Shown here piece after piece: positions 29,509 to 39,966 of a stretch of 64,000 nucleotides of DNA. Where the stretch lies: the NCBI GenBank assembly GCA_028023455.1, contig JAQFVV010000003.1:24924001-24988000 (forward strand). Reading direction: 5' to 3'. The notes under the pieces were generated by a model. That model made no database searches and was not told where the DNA came from. It saw only the letters and a list, made by a program, of their open reading frames with translations. Source of the DNA: Epiperipatus broadwayi (taxonomy: Eukaryota; Animalia; Onychophora). Numbering within the stretch: position 1 is the first letter of the stretch; each line of letters starts with the position of its first letter. Both the position numbers and the translations under genes were made by a program.

Positions 29509-30591
29509 CACCCTGGTCACATTTTAGATTTTATGCAATAAAGAAGTTCATAATTTACTTAAAATCATAATTTCCCCAATTTTATATACATACATTAAAT
29601 TTTACAAGATTATAATGTAAATCTGTTCAAATGTTATAGATGCCTATACTATGCATGTTGTTGTTTTTGCATTTTAAGTCACATTCTATTTTTGCTTTTT
29701 AAAAAAAGAGTATGTAGTCAATTAATCATTTAATGCCCACAAGTTTATTTTTAAAAGGTGAGTAACAGTGGTGGGCACAATTAAATTTGACAATTAAAAA
29801 TTAAAATCTGATTTTTAATTATAATTAACAATTTAAAAATTACGTAACGTAATCTAAAATTAATGTGATGCAAAACAATGAAAATTGATTTTTAAACAGA
29901 ATTGAAAATTAAAAAATTAAAGACAAAAATAAGAATTTAATTTTTAATTGTTAGTTTTAATTAAATTTTGCCCAACAGTGGTGAGTAGGTGTCTTTTTAT
30001 TACCATAAGTCTAAGTTCTTATTTTTATTTTAAACTTTTAGTTTACCCTAATGGAGAGGAAAAACATCCAAGAAAATGAATTTCTTTGGAAACAACAATT
30101 TCAATTTTAGATTGCTTAGGGAAATTGGGAGGATCATCAGTGATTGGAAAACATTTTAGTTTGGGTGAGTGTACTATAAGAGCAATCAAAAAAAATGAAG
30201 TTGGCACTAGTTGTATTTCCTTTTGTGATGAATCTGATGTCTTACTAGTTCACAAACAAATTTGCATATCTTCAAATAGTGATAATGATTAAAATACTGT
30301 ACATGTATGAAAAAATGTAAAATGTGCATAAAAATATATTGTTTTGAATAAAATTAAATACTGTAGTTAATAAAAAAAGTTTGTCTTGTATCAATTTTTT
30401 TCAAATTTGAAATTTTTTATTAGTCATATTTTATTTCCTTCTTTTATGTGAATTTTAAAGTAATTTTACATTATTGCTTTGCTTTTATGTGATTTTTGAA
30501 AATTACAGTATGTATCACCCATTTTTCAAGGTAAGTTAAGTCTATTTTTGTGTGATTTCTTTTGTGCGCATTTTCTGAGGAGACCCAGATG
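29509..30591 (+). mobile_element. Internally deleted Tigger/pogo-like DNA transposon
   Basis: Ends TA|CACCCTGGTCAC ... GAGACCCAGATG|CA (degenerate TIRs). HTH_psq-like remnant SVIGKHFSLGECTIRAIKKNE at ~30086-30200. Confidence 0.7.
29766..29980. mobile_element. hAT-type MITE nested in the Tigger-like element
   Basis: TIRs CAGTGGTGGGCACAATT / AATTTTGCCCAACAGTG (15/19 over 19 nt); 8-bp TSD GTGAGTAA / GTGAGTAG. Confidence 0.75.
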
Positions 30592-30948
30592 CACATTAAT
30601 ATTTGTTTGCACTTTTAAACATATCTTTAGTTGATAATATAATCAGAAATAAGAGTTGGAATGTAGTAATAAAAAATAAATTGTAAGCAGAAAACAAAAT
30701 GATTTTTATTAGTGTAAGTTTGTTTATGTTTTAAATTATGATGCCCAAAATCAATTAGAAAGTAGCATCAAAGAAAAAATTATTTCCAAGTGGAGATAAA
30801 ATAATTTTTATTAGCCTAATTTTTTTTTTTGCTTTCAAAAGATCAACTCTAGTTGTTAATATAATCCAAAAATAAGAATTTCAATATAGAGAGAAAAAAA
30901 ATTTTCCAAGCAAGAAAGCAGAAGTTCTAAATATCATCATCATCATTA

Positions 30949-33936
30949 TCAACCATTATCAATCCACTGCAGGATGAAGGTCTCTCCAAGTTTAATCCAT
31001 CTTCTCCGATCTTTAGCTTCTCTTCTCCACATCACCCCTACACATTTTCTTATTTCATCCATCCATCTTACATGTGGTCTCCTTCTAGGTCTTTTACAAT
31101 CTCTTGGAATCCAGTTTAAAATTTCAATTGTCCATCTATTATCATCTCTTCTAGCAATATGTCCAGCCCAACTCCACTTCAATCTTTTAATTTTTTCAAT
31201 GAGGTCAGTAACACCTGTTTGTTCTCTTACCCATACATTGCGTTTTCGATCTCTTCTTGTTACTCCCAACATACATCTCTCCATACTTCTTTGAGTGGTC
31301 TGAAGTCTCTGTATTGATCTTCTATTAAGTGTCCAAGTCTCAGATCCATAAGTAAGAACTGGTAAAACACATTTGTTAAAAACCTTTCTTTTCAAACACA
31401 TAGGCATATTTCCTTTTAATATCAAGTTATTTCTACCAAAAGCACTCCAACCAAGTTTAATTCTATGATTAATTTCCTCTATTATGTTTCCATCTGTATT
31501 AATAATCTGACCAAGGTATTTGTAACTCTTAACTTCTTCTAATTCATCATAATCAATCTTTATTTTCATATTTTGAGCAAATCGATTAAACATTACTTTA
31601 GTCTTTTTAACATTTATCTTTAGTCCTACTTTCCTACTTTCATCTGATAACTCCTGCAACATTTCCTGCAGCTCAGAAGCATTATTTGCAAAAACAACTA
31701 CATCATCTGCGAAATCTAAATGACTTAAATAATCTCCATTTACTTTCACTCCTTTAGTTTCCCATTTTAATCCACAAAATACTTCTTGCAGCACTGCTGT
31801 AAAAAGTTTTGGAGATATGGAGTCACCTTGTCTTACACCTTTCTCAATGTTGACTTTCCCAGTATCATTATGTAATCTAATTGTTGCTGTTGCATTTTTA
31901 TAAATATTCTTTAAAATATGACAATATCCTGGATCTATACCTTGATGATCCAATGCTTTAATCACTGAAGAAATGTTTATAGAATCAAATGCCTTTTCAT
32001 AATCTACAAATCCAAAACACAATGACAACTCATATTCATTTGTCCTTTCTATAACTTCTCTCAATACTTGAATATGATCTACTGTACTAAAACCACTTTT
32101 AAATCCAGCTTGTTCTCTTGGTTGGTGAAAATCCAAGGTTCTCTGTAGACGAGTTGTAATTATCTTGGTAAAAATTTTATATAAAACTGATAAAAGGCTG
32201 ATAGGTCTGTAATTTCTAATATCTTCTTTATCACCTTTTTTAAATATTAATATTATTACTGCATTCTTCCAATCATCCGGTCCATCTTTATCATTTAGAC
32301 ATTTGGTATATAACTTTGCTAATATTTTTTCTGTTTCTTCACCTGCTTCTTTTAATATATCAATTATAATTCCATCATTACCTGGAGCCTTTCCTTTTTT
32401 CATACATTTAATTGCATTTCTCACTTCTTCATTTAAAATTCTGGGCAATTCGGAAAATGTAATAGATATAGGAGGTACTTGTTCTTTATTACTATATAAT
32501 TCTCGATAAAAATCTTCTACCAATTTCATAATGTCATCCCTCTTTTTAGTAATAATTCCATCTTTTTTCCTTATTGCAGATATAAATTTCCTACCAATAC
32601 CAAAATGTTGTTTTACATTCTTAAGACTTTTATTTTCTTCTACAGCTTTTCTTGCTAATTCACAGTTATACTTTCTTATATCATTTTCAACTCTTTTCCG
32701 CACCATTTTACAAAATTCGAGATATTCAATTCTTTTTAATGCATCATTCTTGCATATCTTCATATTCCTTCTTTTCTTCATAAGTTCTCTAGTCTCAGTA
32801 GAAATTTTATTAGTCAATTGCTGCTTTTTTCTACCAGCTATCTTTGTTGCAGTTTTTAAAAGTGTATCAGTTATTTTCATATTAATTTCATTCAAATCTG
32901 AATCATGTTCAAAATCTACTAATACTTGAAACCGATTTGTAAGTTCTAATTTAAATTCATTAGAATGTTTCTGAAGATTAGGAATATCAACTGTAAATAT
33001 AGTTTTTCTTAATAATTTTTGTCTCTCTAGTTTTACATTAACATGTATCTTACCCCTTACTAATCGATGATCACTTCCTGTGTTAAATTTATTAAGAACA
33101 TTACAATCTTGAAATATGTATTTCCTGTTAGTCAAAATATAATCCAATTCTGCTGTACCTTCATTTGGATGCTTCCATGTCCATTTCCTTCTAACATTTT
33201 TCTCAAAAAAAGAATTCATAATATAAAGTTTTTCCTTCTCTGCAAACTCCACAAGTCTATGTCCTCTCTCATTTCTATTACCATAACCAAAATTACCTAC
33301 AACACTTTCATCTTTCATTTGTTTACCAATTCTAGCATTAAAATCTCCCATAACAATTTTAAAATGTTGTTTACTCTGATCAAAAGCCTTTTGTACATCC
33401 ATATAAAAATCTTCTACTACTTCATCACTGTGAGAACTTGTTGGGGCATAAACCTGAATTATCTGCATTTGATATCTGCTATTAAGTTGTATAACTAATC
33501 TTGCCACTCTGTCTGATACACCATCAATCTCCACAATATTATTGTTCCACTTTTTATTTATAATGAATCCTACTCCACTTGTATTTCCAATATTTGTGCC
33601 TTTATAATAGAGCATATGTCCACTTTTTAAATCAATTGTCTCTTCACCTTTTCTTCTAACTTCACAAAGTCCAATAATATCCCATTTAATATAAGAGAGT
33701 TCTTCTTCTAATTCTTGCAATCTTCCTTCACTTGAAAGTGATCTGCAGTTGTAAGTACCTAAATAAAAAGTCGTCATCAAATGGCAGCCTGGGTCCGCCT
33801 CCAGGATATTCTTAGCACCCTCCGCCTTCGGCCACCAACCGCTGCCTTGGTTGGTGACTTTACAGCCTCCTGGGATTAAGGGCCATGCTTTATTTTTGTC
33901 TGTCATAATTGTATAATTGGGAAAAATCTTTATCAT
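30949..33936 (-). CDS. RTE ORF: AP endonuclease + reverse transcriptase, 995 aa, uninterrupted
   Basis: APE motifs TYNCRSL, GLCEVR, VYAPT, GDFNA, LDY, SDH; RT motifs KAPGNDG, YRPISLL, QAGF, DYEKAFDSI, GVRQGD, FADD; C-terminal ETFILQWID typical of RTE. Confidence 0.95.
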   Translation of the reverse strand: MIKIFPNYTIMTDKNKAWPLIPGGCKVTNQGSGWWPKAEGAKNILEADPGCHLMTTFYLGTYNCRSLSSEGRLQELEEELSYIKWDIIGLCEVRRKGEETIDLKSGHMLYYKGTNIGNTSGVGFIINKKWNNNIVEIDGVSDRVARLVIQLNSRYQMQIIQVYAPTSSHSDEVVEDFYMDVQKAFDQSKQHFKIVMGDFNARIGKQMKDESVVGNFGYGNRNERGHRLVEFAEKEKLYIMNSFFEKNVRRKWTWKHPNEGTAELDYILTNRKYIFQDCNVLNKFNTGSDHRLVRGKIHVNVKLERQKLLRKTIFTVDIPNLQKHSNEFKLELTNRFQVLVDFEHDSDLNEINMKITDTLLKTATKIAGRKKQQLTNKISTETRELMKKRRNMKICKNDALKRIEYLEFCKMVRKRVENDIRKYNCELARKAVEENKSLKNVKQHFGIGRKFISAIRKKDGIITKKRDDIMKLVEDFYRELYSNKEQVPPISITFSELPRILNEEVRNAIKCMKKGKAPGNDGIIIDILKEAGEETEKILAKLYTKCLNDKDGPDDWKNAVIILIFKKGDKEDIRNYRPISLLSVLYKIFTKIITTRLQRTLDFHQPREQAGFKSGFSTVDHIQVLREVIERTNEYELSLCFGFVDYEKAFDSINISSVIKALDHQGIDPGYCHILKNIYKNATATIRLHNDTGKVNIEKGVRQGDSISPKLFTAVLQEVFCGLKWETKGVKVNGDYLSHLDFADDVVVFANNASELQEMLQELSDESRKVGLKINVKKTKVMFNRFAQNMKIKIDYDELEEVKSYKYLGQIINTDGNIIEEINHRIKLGWSAFGRNNLILKGNMPMCLKRKVFNKCVLPVLTYGSETWTLNRRSIQRLQTTQRSMERCMLGVTRRDRKRNVWVREQTGVTDLIEKIKRLKWSWAGHIARRDDNRWTIEILNWIPRDCKRPRRRPHVRWMDEIRKCVGVMWRREAKDRRRWIKLGETFILQWIDNG

Positions 33937-34060
33937 TTACACAAACATTCATTCTGCCTTATCAGGCACTGAGAAGAAAGACCATGGTGTTTCTTGATCT
34001 TAAACTCAGAGGTAAAAAGCCAATAAACTCACCACGCTGGCTAATGCGTGTTGGTGAGCA

Positions 34061-34228
34061 GCCCATCCATGTTCGTATACTATATGAATAAACATATAGT
34101 AATAACAGCTGCAACGACAAGAACGTATGGAGTGGACATTAGGAATTTGCCCTGCTCGGTTCCTTTAAGGCCTCCAAGAGGAATCAAAGGGTCTCCTTTC
34201 AGTTAATAGCAAACTCCTTTCTGCAGCC
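34061..34228 (-). ncRNA. HDV/CPEB3-like self-cleaving ribozyme (predicted) at the RTE 5' end
   Basis: Manual fold: P1 GGCUGCA/UGCAGCU (G1-U wobble); P2 UCCAU/AUGGA extendable by GUCCA/UGGGC; P3 ACG/CGU; 7-nt L3 UUCUUGU; GU after P1 as in CPEB3; P4 UACUAUAUG/CAUAUAGUA; J4/2 C-G-A-A (catalytic C equivalent at 34075) plus one extra C. Confidence 0.8.
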
Positions 34229-35223
34229 ACTTCTAAATATACAATGTCTAAATCAATGACCCGTATATTTTTATTAAATTAAAAAATTTTTATTGCATAT
34301 TTCATGGTTATTTTTGATGAGCCTGGAACAGATTACTTCTAAATACATGTATTTCAATGTAAATTATAATGAATGGATAATATAATGAATGATCTTCTGG
34401 AACCAATTATATTTGTTTTAATGAATCCTATTCTATGTAATGAATTTATTTTTATATAAATCAAACATTGATATTGTTTAAAAATTAAAAAAAATGTGAA
34501 ATATAAAATTAATAATACAGAAATCAAAAAAATGTGTATAGTCGAAAGACATTATATAACAACAATAATTGGTTTTTAATTAATAGATTTGTAATTAAGC
34601 AAAAAAAAATAAAGAATTAATAAATAAATTTTTGATTAAACTATACACAGTATATGTATTAAATTAAATATTTTCATGAATTTTAATACAATAAACAATA
34701 GAAGTTAAGAGATTGCATCTATGTAAACAGTAATAACTCTTTATCATTTTTTGATATTGCCAGGAATTCATCAATTACTAAATGACAGACCAGAAGCTAA
34801 ACAAGTTTTCTCTATTATTCTATATAGTAGCCATTTTGTCCTATGTTTAGATAAATTAAATGGGGATCCCAAAATCTTTTTTTTATTTTAAATCTGAGTT
34901 GTTATAAGGATTTAAATTTGGTCAGCTATTTTTTATAGATACAAAAATACAGAAGACTAACATATCTCTTGCCATCTTCTTTTATTTCATTTGACTATAA
35001 AAACAAAAAACCTATTTATATAGCTTAATAGATAAAACAGATTTAGCCTCAGATCTGCCAATTAGTAATTGATAATTTCCTGACAACATCAAAAAAGTAA
35101 GTTATTTCTGTTTATATGGATATAATTCTCTTAATTTCTATTGTTTATTATATATAGTATATAAGTGTAATCTTATTATCAATAATACAAACATAATATT
35201 TAAATGTGCACACACACAGAAGT

Positions 35224-35421
35224 CATCATCATTAACCATTATCAATCCATTGCAGGATAAAGGTCTATCCAAATTCAAATCATCTTCTCCAATCTTTAGC
35301 TTCTCTTCTCCACATCACCCCTGCACACTTTCTTATTTCATCCATCCATCTAACATGTGGTCTCTTTCTGGGTCTTTTACAATCTTTTGGAATCCAATTT
35401 AAGATTTCAATTGTCCCTCTT
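35224..35421 (-). mobile_element. 5'-truncated RTE copy (198 bp) of the same family as 30935-34230
   Basis: Closely similar to 30940-31140, same CATCATC tail, 6-bp direct repeat AGAAGT at 35218-35223 and 35422-35427. Confidence 0.85.
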
Positions 35422-35849
35422 AGAAGTAATCATATATATATATTTAAAATATGTACATGTTTATACTTGAAAAAACTTATGTATAAAAACTAAACCATAC
35501 TCATTTGTTAAGTTTTTAATAGTTTGGCTACTACTGTTAATGTTAATTTTGTGTTTTATTTTATTTAGCATTAAGTAGCAATTAATTTCTCTATATTGTG
35601 ATCAATTAGAAAATATTGAATATATATAAAAATTTAATATAAATATACATATAAAAGATGTTATGTGGATAAATATATGCAAAAACATAAGTGGGATACA
35701 TGCTTAATAAAGTTTTAATTTTTGCCTAGTGCATTTTCGACTAAGTTATATTAGTCATAGCCCTGGCAACTAACGGGGGGAAGATTTCAGGATTTATTAA
35801 AGAAAACATGAATGGATAATTAGCATAATTGAACAACTAATTGTTAGTT

Positions 35850-36400
35850 TAAATAGGCCACTTTTTAGAAAAGAGGAAAAAAGGTGTCTTTCTTGTCAAT
35901 TGCATTCTTATCTTTTGTAATGTACCAAGCTTTTTTCAGTTTATGATTGGCATCATTGTGCTCTCGGAATATGATGGGGGCAGATGTAGGTTTGAAGAGA
36001 TGACTGGAAGAGGATTGGTGTTCATAAAAAATTGATTTGATATCCATTTGGGTTTGAGCAAGATTGTATATGTACTGGTGTTGTCCTAATTGGTAGACAA
36101 GTTGGCCTTTGATTCACCATAATATACAATGTGACCGTTGGTGTGAGGGCATGTGACCTTGTATAAGATTTGTGATTTCAGGTTTGGGGGGAGAATATTT
36201 TTTGTGTTTATAAGTTAGTTCAGAAAGGGAGGAGTACATAGACAATTTGATGAGCTGCAGAGCAAATTTTAGTATGGCGATGAGTAATTCTAGAAATGAA
36301 TAATAATAAAACCACGGTTTATTATCAGCTGCTGGGATGGGTGTTTAAGCTTAAAATAAAAAATTTTAATGATTTAAGATTTTATTTTTGTAACCGATGT
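35850..36400 (-). mobile_element. Penelope-like GIY-YIG relic
   Basis: Translates in part to LYKVTCPHTNGHIVYYGESKANLST (VY.I.C....YIG.T.R.L type motif). Confidence 0.55.
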
Positions 36401-36522
36401 TGTGCAAGTCTGAGGGATGAGAGTTGATGTTATTTTTCTTATCTAACTCAAATTTATACATATGGTTATGTTGTAATTCAAACCTAAATCGAAAACTTTG
36501 TGTGTGAAAATATATTTGTAAA

Positions 36523-37011
36523 ATAATATAGGCACTATTGCACCTTACTGCAAAGCTACTTTTTACTTAAAAACAAAATAAAATTATATTATTCTGCAAG
36601 TGCTTTCAAGAGATTGCTCTCATATTCATAGCTCTGAGTGAAGTAATTATATGCATACATCAAAGCTCAGTCAGATCCATCACGTTATTCCATTTTTACA
36701 CTTCATCAGAAACTAACAGGACACCAGTGTAAACCACAAGATGTCAATCTGGTCTGCAAAGAAAGTAAAAAGAAAAGTTAAGGAGGCCTGCTTCATTGCG
36801 ATGAATTGCAATGCCATTAACCGCAAGAACACATGCTTCGCGATCTCAAAGAAATGAAGTAATTAATTTTTGAACTTTGCATATAATTACTTCACTCAGA
36901 GCTATGAAGATGAGAGCACGTCTCTTGAAAGCGCTTGCAGAGTAATATAATTTTATTTTGTTTTTAAGTAAAAAGTAGCTTTGCGGTCAGGTGCAATAGC
37001 ACCTATATTAT
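36523..37011 (+). mobile_element. Penelope-like 3' end with inverted terminal duplication
   Basis: Arms 36523-36655 and 36878-37011 are near-perfect inverted copies. The core encodes HQKLTGHQ..VNLVCKES.. / KVKEACFIAMNCNAINRK (Penelope C-terminus). Hammerhead-like motif in the arms. Confidence 0.75.
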
Positions 37012-37039
37012 TTATTTTATATATGATTATGGTATAAAA

Positions 37040-38800
37040 ACACTTTTAAACCAGTAATCTTGTGGGGTTTTGGAATGATGGATTCAGGATGTATGGCACC
37101 ACAAACATTGATAGGCTTGACTTTATAATTCAGATGGGTAGTAGTTCTCATCAAACAGAGGTCAAGAATCCTCATTTTCCCAGGTCCAGGTTAAAGAAAA
37201 TGTTTGCAAGAGAGTGGTTTGCATGCTGTTGATTTGTGTATTAGAAGTGCAAATAAACACATCACCAAAGTAGTGTGTAAATAGGATGGAAGGGTCAGAA
37301 TCAAGATATTGAGGTAATACATCTTTATATTTGTTGAGAGTGAGGCTTGAGACAATCCCATTAAAAAAGAGACCCATAGGCCAGTTCTCATCCATTTTGT
37401 AAAGGCATTGTTAAATAAAGCCATAATGGTATTGTGCATCCAATGTAAACATTCGAGAATAAATTGTTTTGTGCACATTATAATTGACCTTGCTGAGATC
37501 TTCATTAATAATTTGAATTGAACATTGATAGACTTAATGAACATTTTATAATTAAGATGGGTAGTTTCTCATTGAATGTAGAGGTCTCACGTTAATGATA
37601 ATGTCTGTGAGAGAGCAGTTTGTATACTGTTGATTTGTACATTAGAAGTGCAAATAAGCACATCATCAAAGTAGCATATATATATATATGATGGAAGGAT
37701 CAAAATTGAGGTAATGAGGTAATATATCTTCTTTATATGTGTTGAAAATGAGGCTTGAGATAATCCCACTAATAGGGAGGCATCCATTTTATAAAAGGTA
37801 TTGTTAAGTGAAGTGGTAATGGCATAGTGTATCTAATGTAAACATTGAAAATAAATTCTGTTTTATGCACATTATAATTGACCTTGCCGAGAGCTTTGTT
37901 AATGACTTGAATTGATAGGCTGCATGGAATAGAGCCATACAGCTCAATAATGTCCAATGATGGGAAGCGATACTGTTCATTGAGTTGTATACTTTTGACT
38001 TGAGATACAAATGAAGACTTAAGTTGAATCAGTAGAAGTTGAATTGATTACTAAGCCACAAATCAATCATTTAGGAGGCCTTGTAGTAGTAGGCACTCCC
38101 AAAGCCAATCATTAAGTGAATGGGACATTCCATTTTGTGTAGCTTAATATTTGCAAATAATCGGGGTAAAGTTGCAACTGAGGGGTCTATACTGAAATAT
38201 TCGTACTTGGAAAAAGCTTTTGTTGCAAAAATTGCACAGCATGATGGAAATAAACTTATCCTTGGACTTTTTAAGGTTACACGAGTCAATTAACTTTAAT
38301 TTTAATTTGTTGATCTTCATAACCCAAATCAGTTTTCTTTTTCCTTTTTAATACATATTATATTATTATGCTGTAGATATTGTTTAGTGGAGTCAACACA
38401 TTTAATACACATCTTGTCTTGTCTGTAGAAAATGATAAATAGAATGTTGGACACTTTTTATCTAATGATAACCTCTTTTTGCTGGCTGTCATAATAGATT
38501 TCATCAATATCTGCAATGAGTTCTTGTTTCCAGGTACTGTTGACAAATTATAGACCATAGTTTAAGATCTTGATATTATCTGTTGGGTTGTGCATCATAA
38601 GATTGACAAAGCTGTAAATATTTAGAGGGGCTATGTGTACACCTTGTAGAGTGGCAAGAAAGTATACTTTCTTAGAATATTTAGCCTATAAATTAAGTGC
38701 AAGTATCTGGCATTTATCAGTGATCTCCAGAGACATATCCTAAAAATTCTATACATTGTGCTTATATCACTCTTGATGTTTTAAGATGTTTTCTACAGCG
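37040..38800 (-). mobile_element. Old Penelope-like RT relic with an internal ~420-bp diverged tandem duplication
   Basis: Remnants PMG.., HYFGDVF / YFDDVL, LPRLFANIKLHK..PI..I.GS..YK. ATGGGTAGT..TCTCAT recurs at ~37135 and ~37557. Confidence 0.6.
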
Positions 38801-39164
38801 GTTGATAATATTTTTTAACAAGAAAGATTTCAATTGAAAGGTGATTTTTTTTTTTTTTTTGTGATTATAAATTGATTTGGACACATGGATTTGGCAACAG
38901 TTTGGAAAAAACTTTATAAACCAAGCAATTTTCTAAGAATTTTATTCTTTCCCATAATATACAGGCTGATGCACAGAGTGTGTGAACAGTTTTGGTATAT
39001 TTATCCATATTACATTTCCTCAAACTACTGCATACCAAAATTTTGAACATAAAAGATGTAAATATATCTCTGATTTATTTTTGACTATGTTTGCTTTTAT
39101 TTAATAACTCCATACATCAAATAGTTTTTTATATTTTTTTACATAAAAAATATTAATTTTTTAC

Positions 39165-39228
39165 CTGTATGCCAGACTACCTGGTCGAAGATTGGAAATT
39201 TTTGGCCGACAACCTTTATCAATTCCAC
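39165..39228 (-). CDS. GRIP1: GRIP-like coding exon, PDZ1 middle (GGIDKGCRPKISNLRPGSLAY-R)
   Basis: ttttgatag acceptor and GTAAAA donor; 64 bp, phase 1/2. Matches GRIP1 [22 protein letters not shown]. Confidence 0.9.
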
Positions 39229-39509
39229 CTATCAAAATATGAAATAATTTTAAAGATTGAAGTAATTTATAATAATTTATGCTTTAATTATTACAATTTA
39301 TAAAAAAATAATTTATTTATTTGTCATATCATTAGTTCTAGGACACCAATTCAAACAGAGACCACCCTCTCCACACATACGTTTTTATTCTTTTAGTTTT
39401 CTTAATAAAAACCTTAACCTCTTGAATTGATTACTCTTACTACTGATCTAAACTGTTCTCGATAATTTTGTTTTTCTTAATTAAATTGTTCTCTTCTTGT
39501 ATTCTATAT

Positions 39510-39966
39510 CAGTGGGTTGGCAAACTGCATCTCACCACATGCAGCTATTTGATCTTAATCTTGTGGTTCTTTTCATCATGATAAACATAAACTCATTTTT
39601 TACTTCCTACTGTTTAATTTTTAAATAAATATTTTGATGACTCTAGGAGAGAAAAAATGCAACTTTACAGTGTTGTTTTTTGATTTCCTCCTTATTATAG
39701 GACAATAATTATTGTATATAATGAATATGTAAATATTAGAAATTTGTGAATAAATCAAAGTAATTTTTTATTTTTGTTTATTTTTATGTATACAGATTCT
39801 GTTATATTCTATTACTAAAATAAATATCCAAATATATCCATAGTCATTCAGAAATTCATATTGTTCATGAACCTATTTTTCATCTCTTTTATAGTAGCTC
39901 TTTTACGGGGTGGGGTAGGGGAGTAAACAAAATGGTTCCTCATGTTAAAAAATTTGTCTAACCCTG
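39510..39966. mobile_element. hAT/Charlie-like MITE, degenerate
   Basis: Ends CAGTGGGTTGGCAAAC / ATTTGTCTAACCCTG. TSD only 5/8. Confidence 0.4.

Larger units (their letters stand above)
30935..34230 (-). mobile_element. Full-length RTE-clade non-LTR retrotransposon (~3.3 kb)
   Basis: Single long ORF, (GAT)n-type 3' tail at 30935-30950, identical 10-bp direct repeat TTCTAAATAT at 30925-30934 and 34231-34240 (TSD), 294-nt 5' UTR. Confidence 0.93.

Noticed and set aside
30974-33498. Plus-strand ORFs of 68-143 aa overlapping the RTE
   Set aside because: Antisense shadows of the RTE ORF.
34337-34345. Alternative RTE 5' TSD (TTCTAAATA)
   Set aside because: Shorter match than 34231-34240, which also coincides with the ribozyme start.
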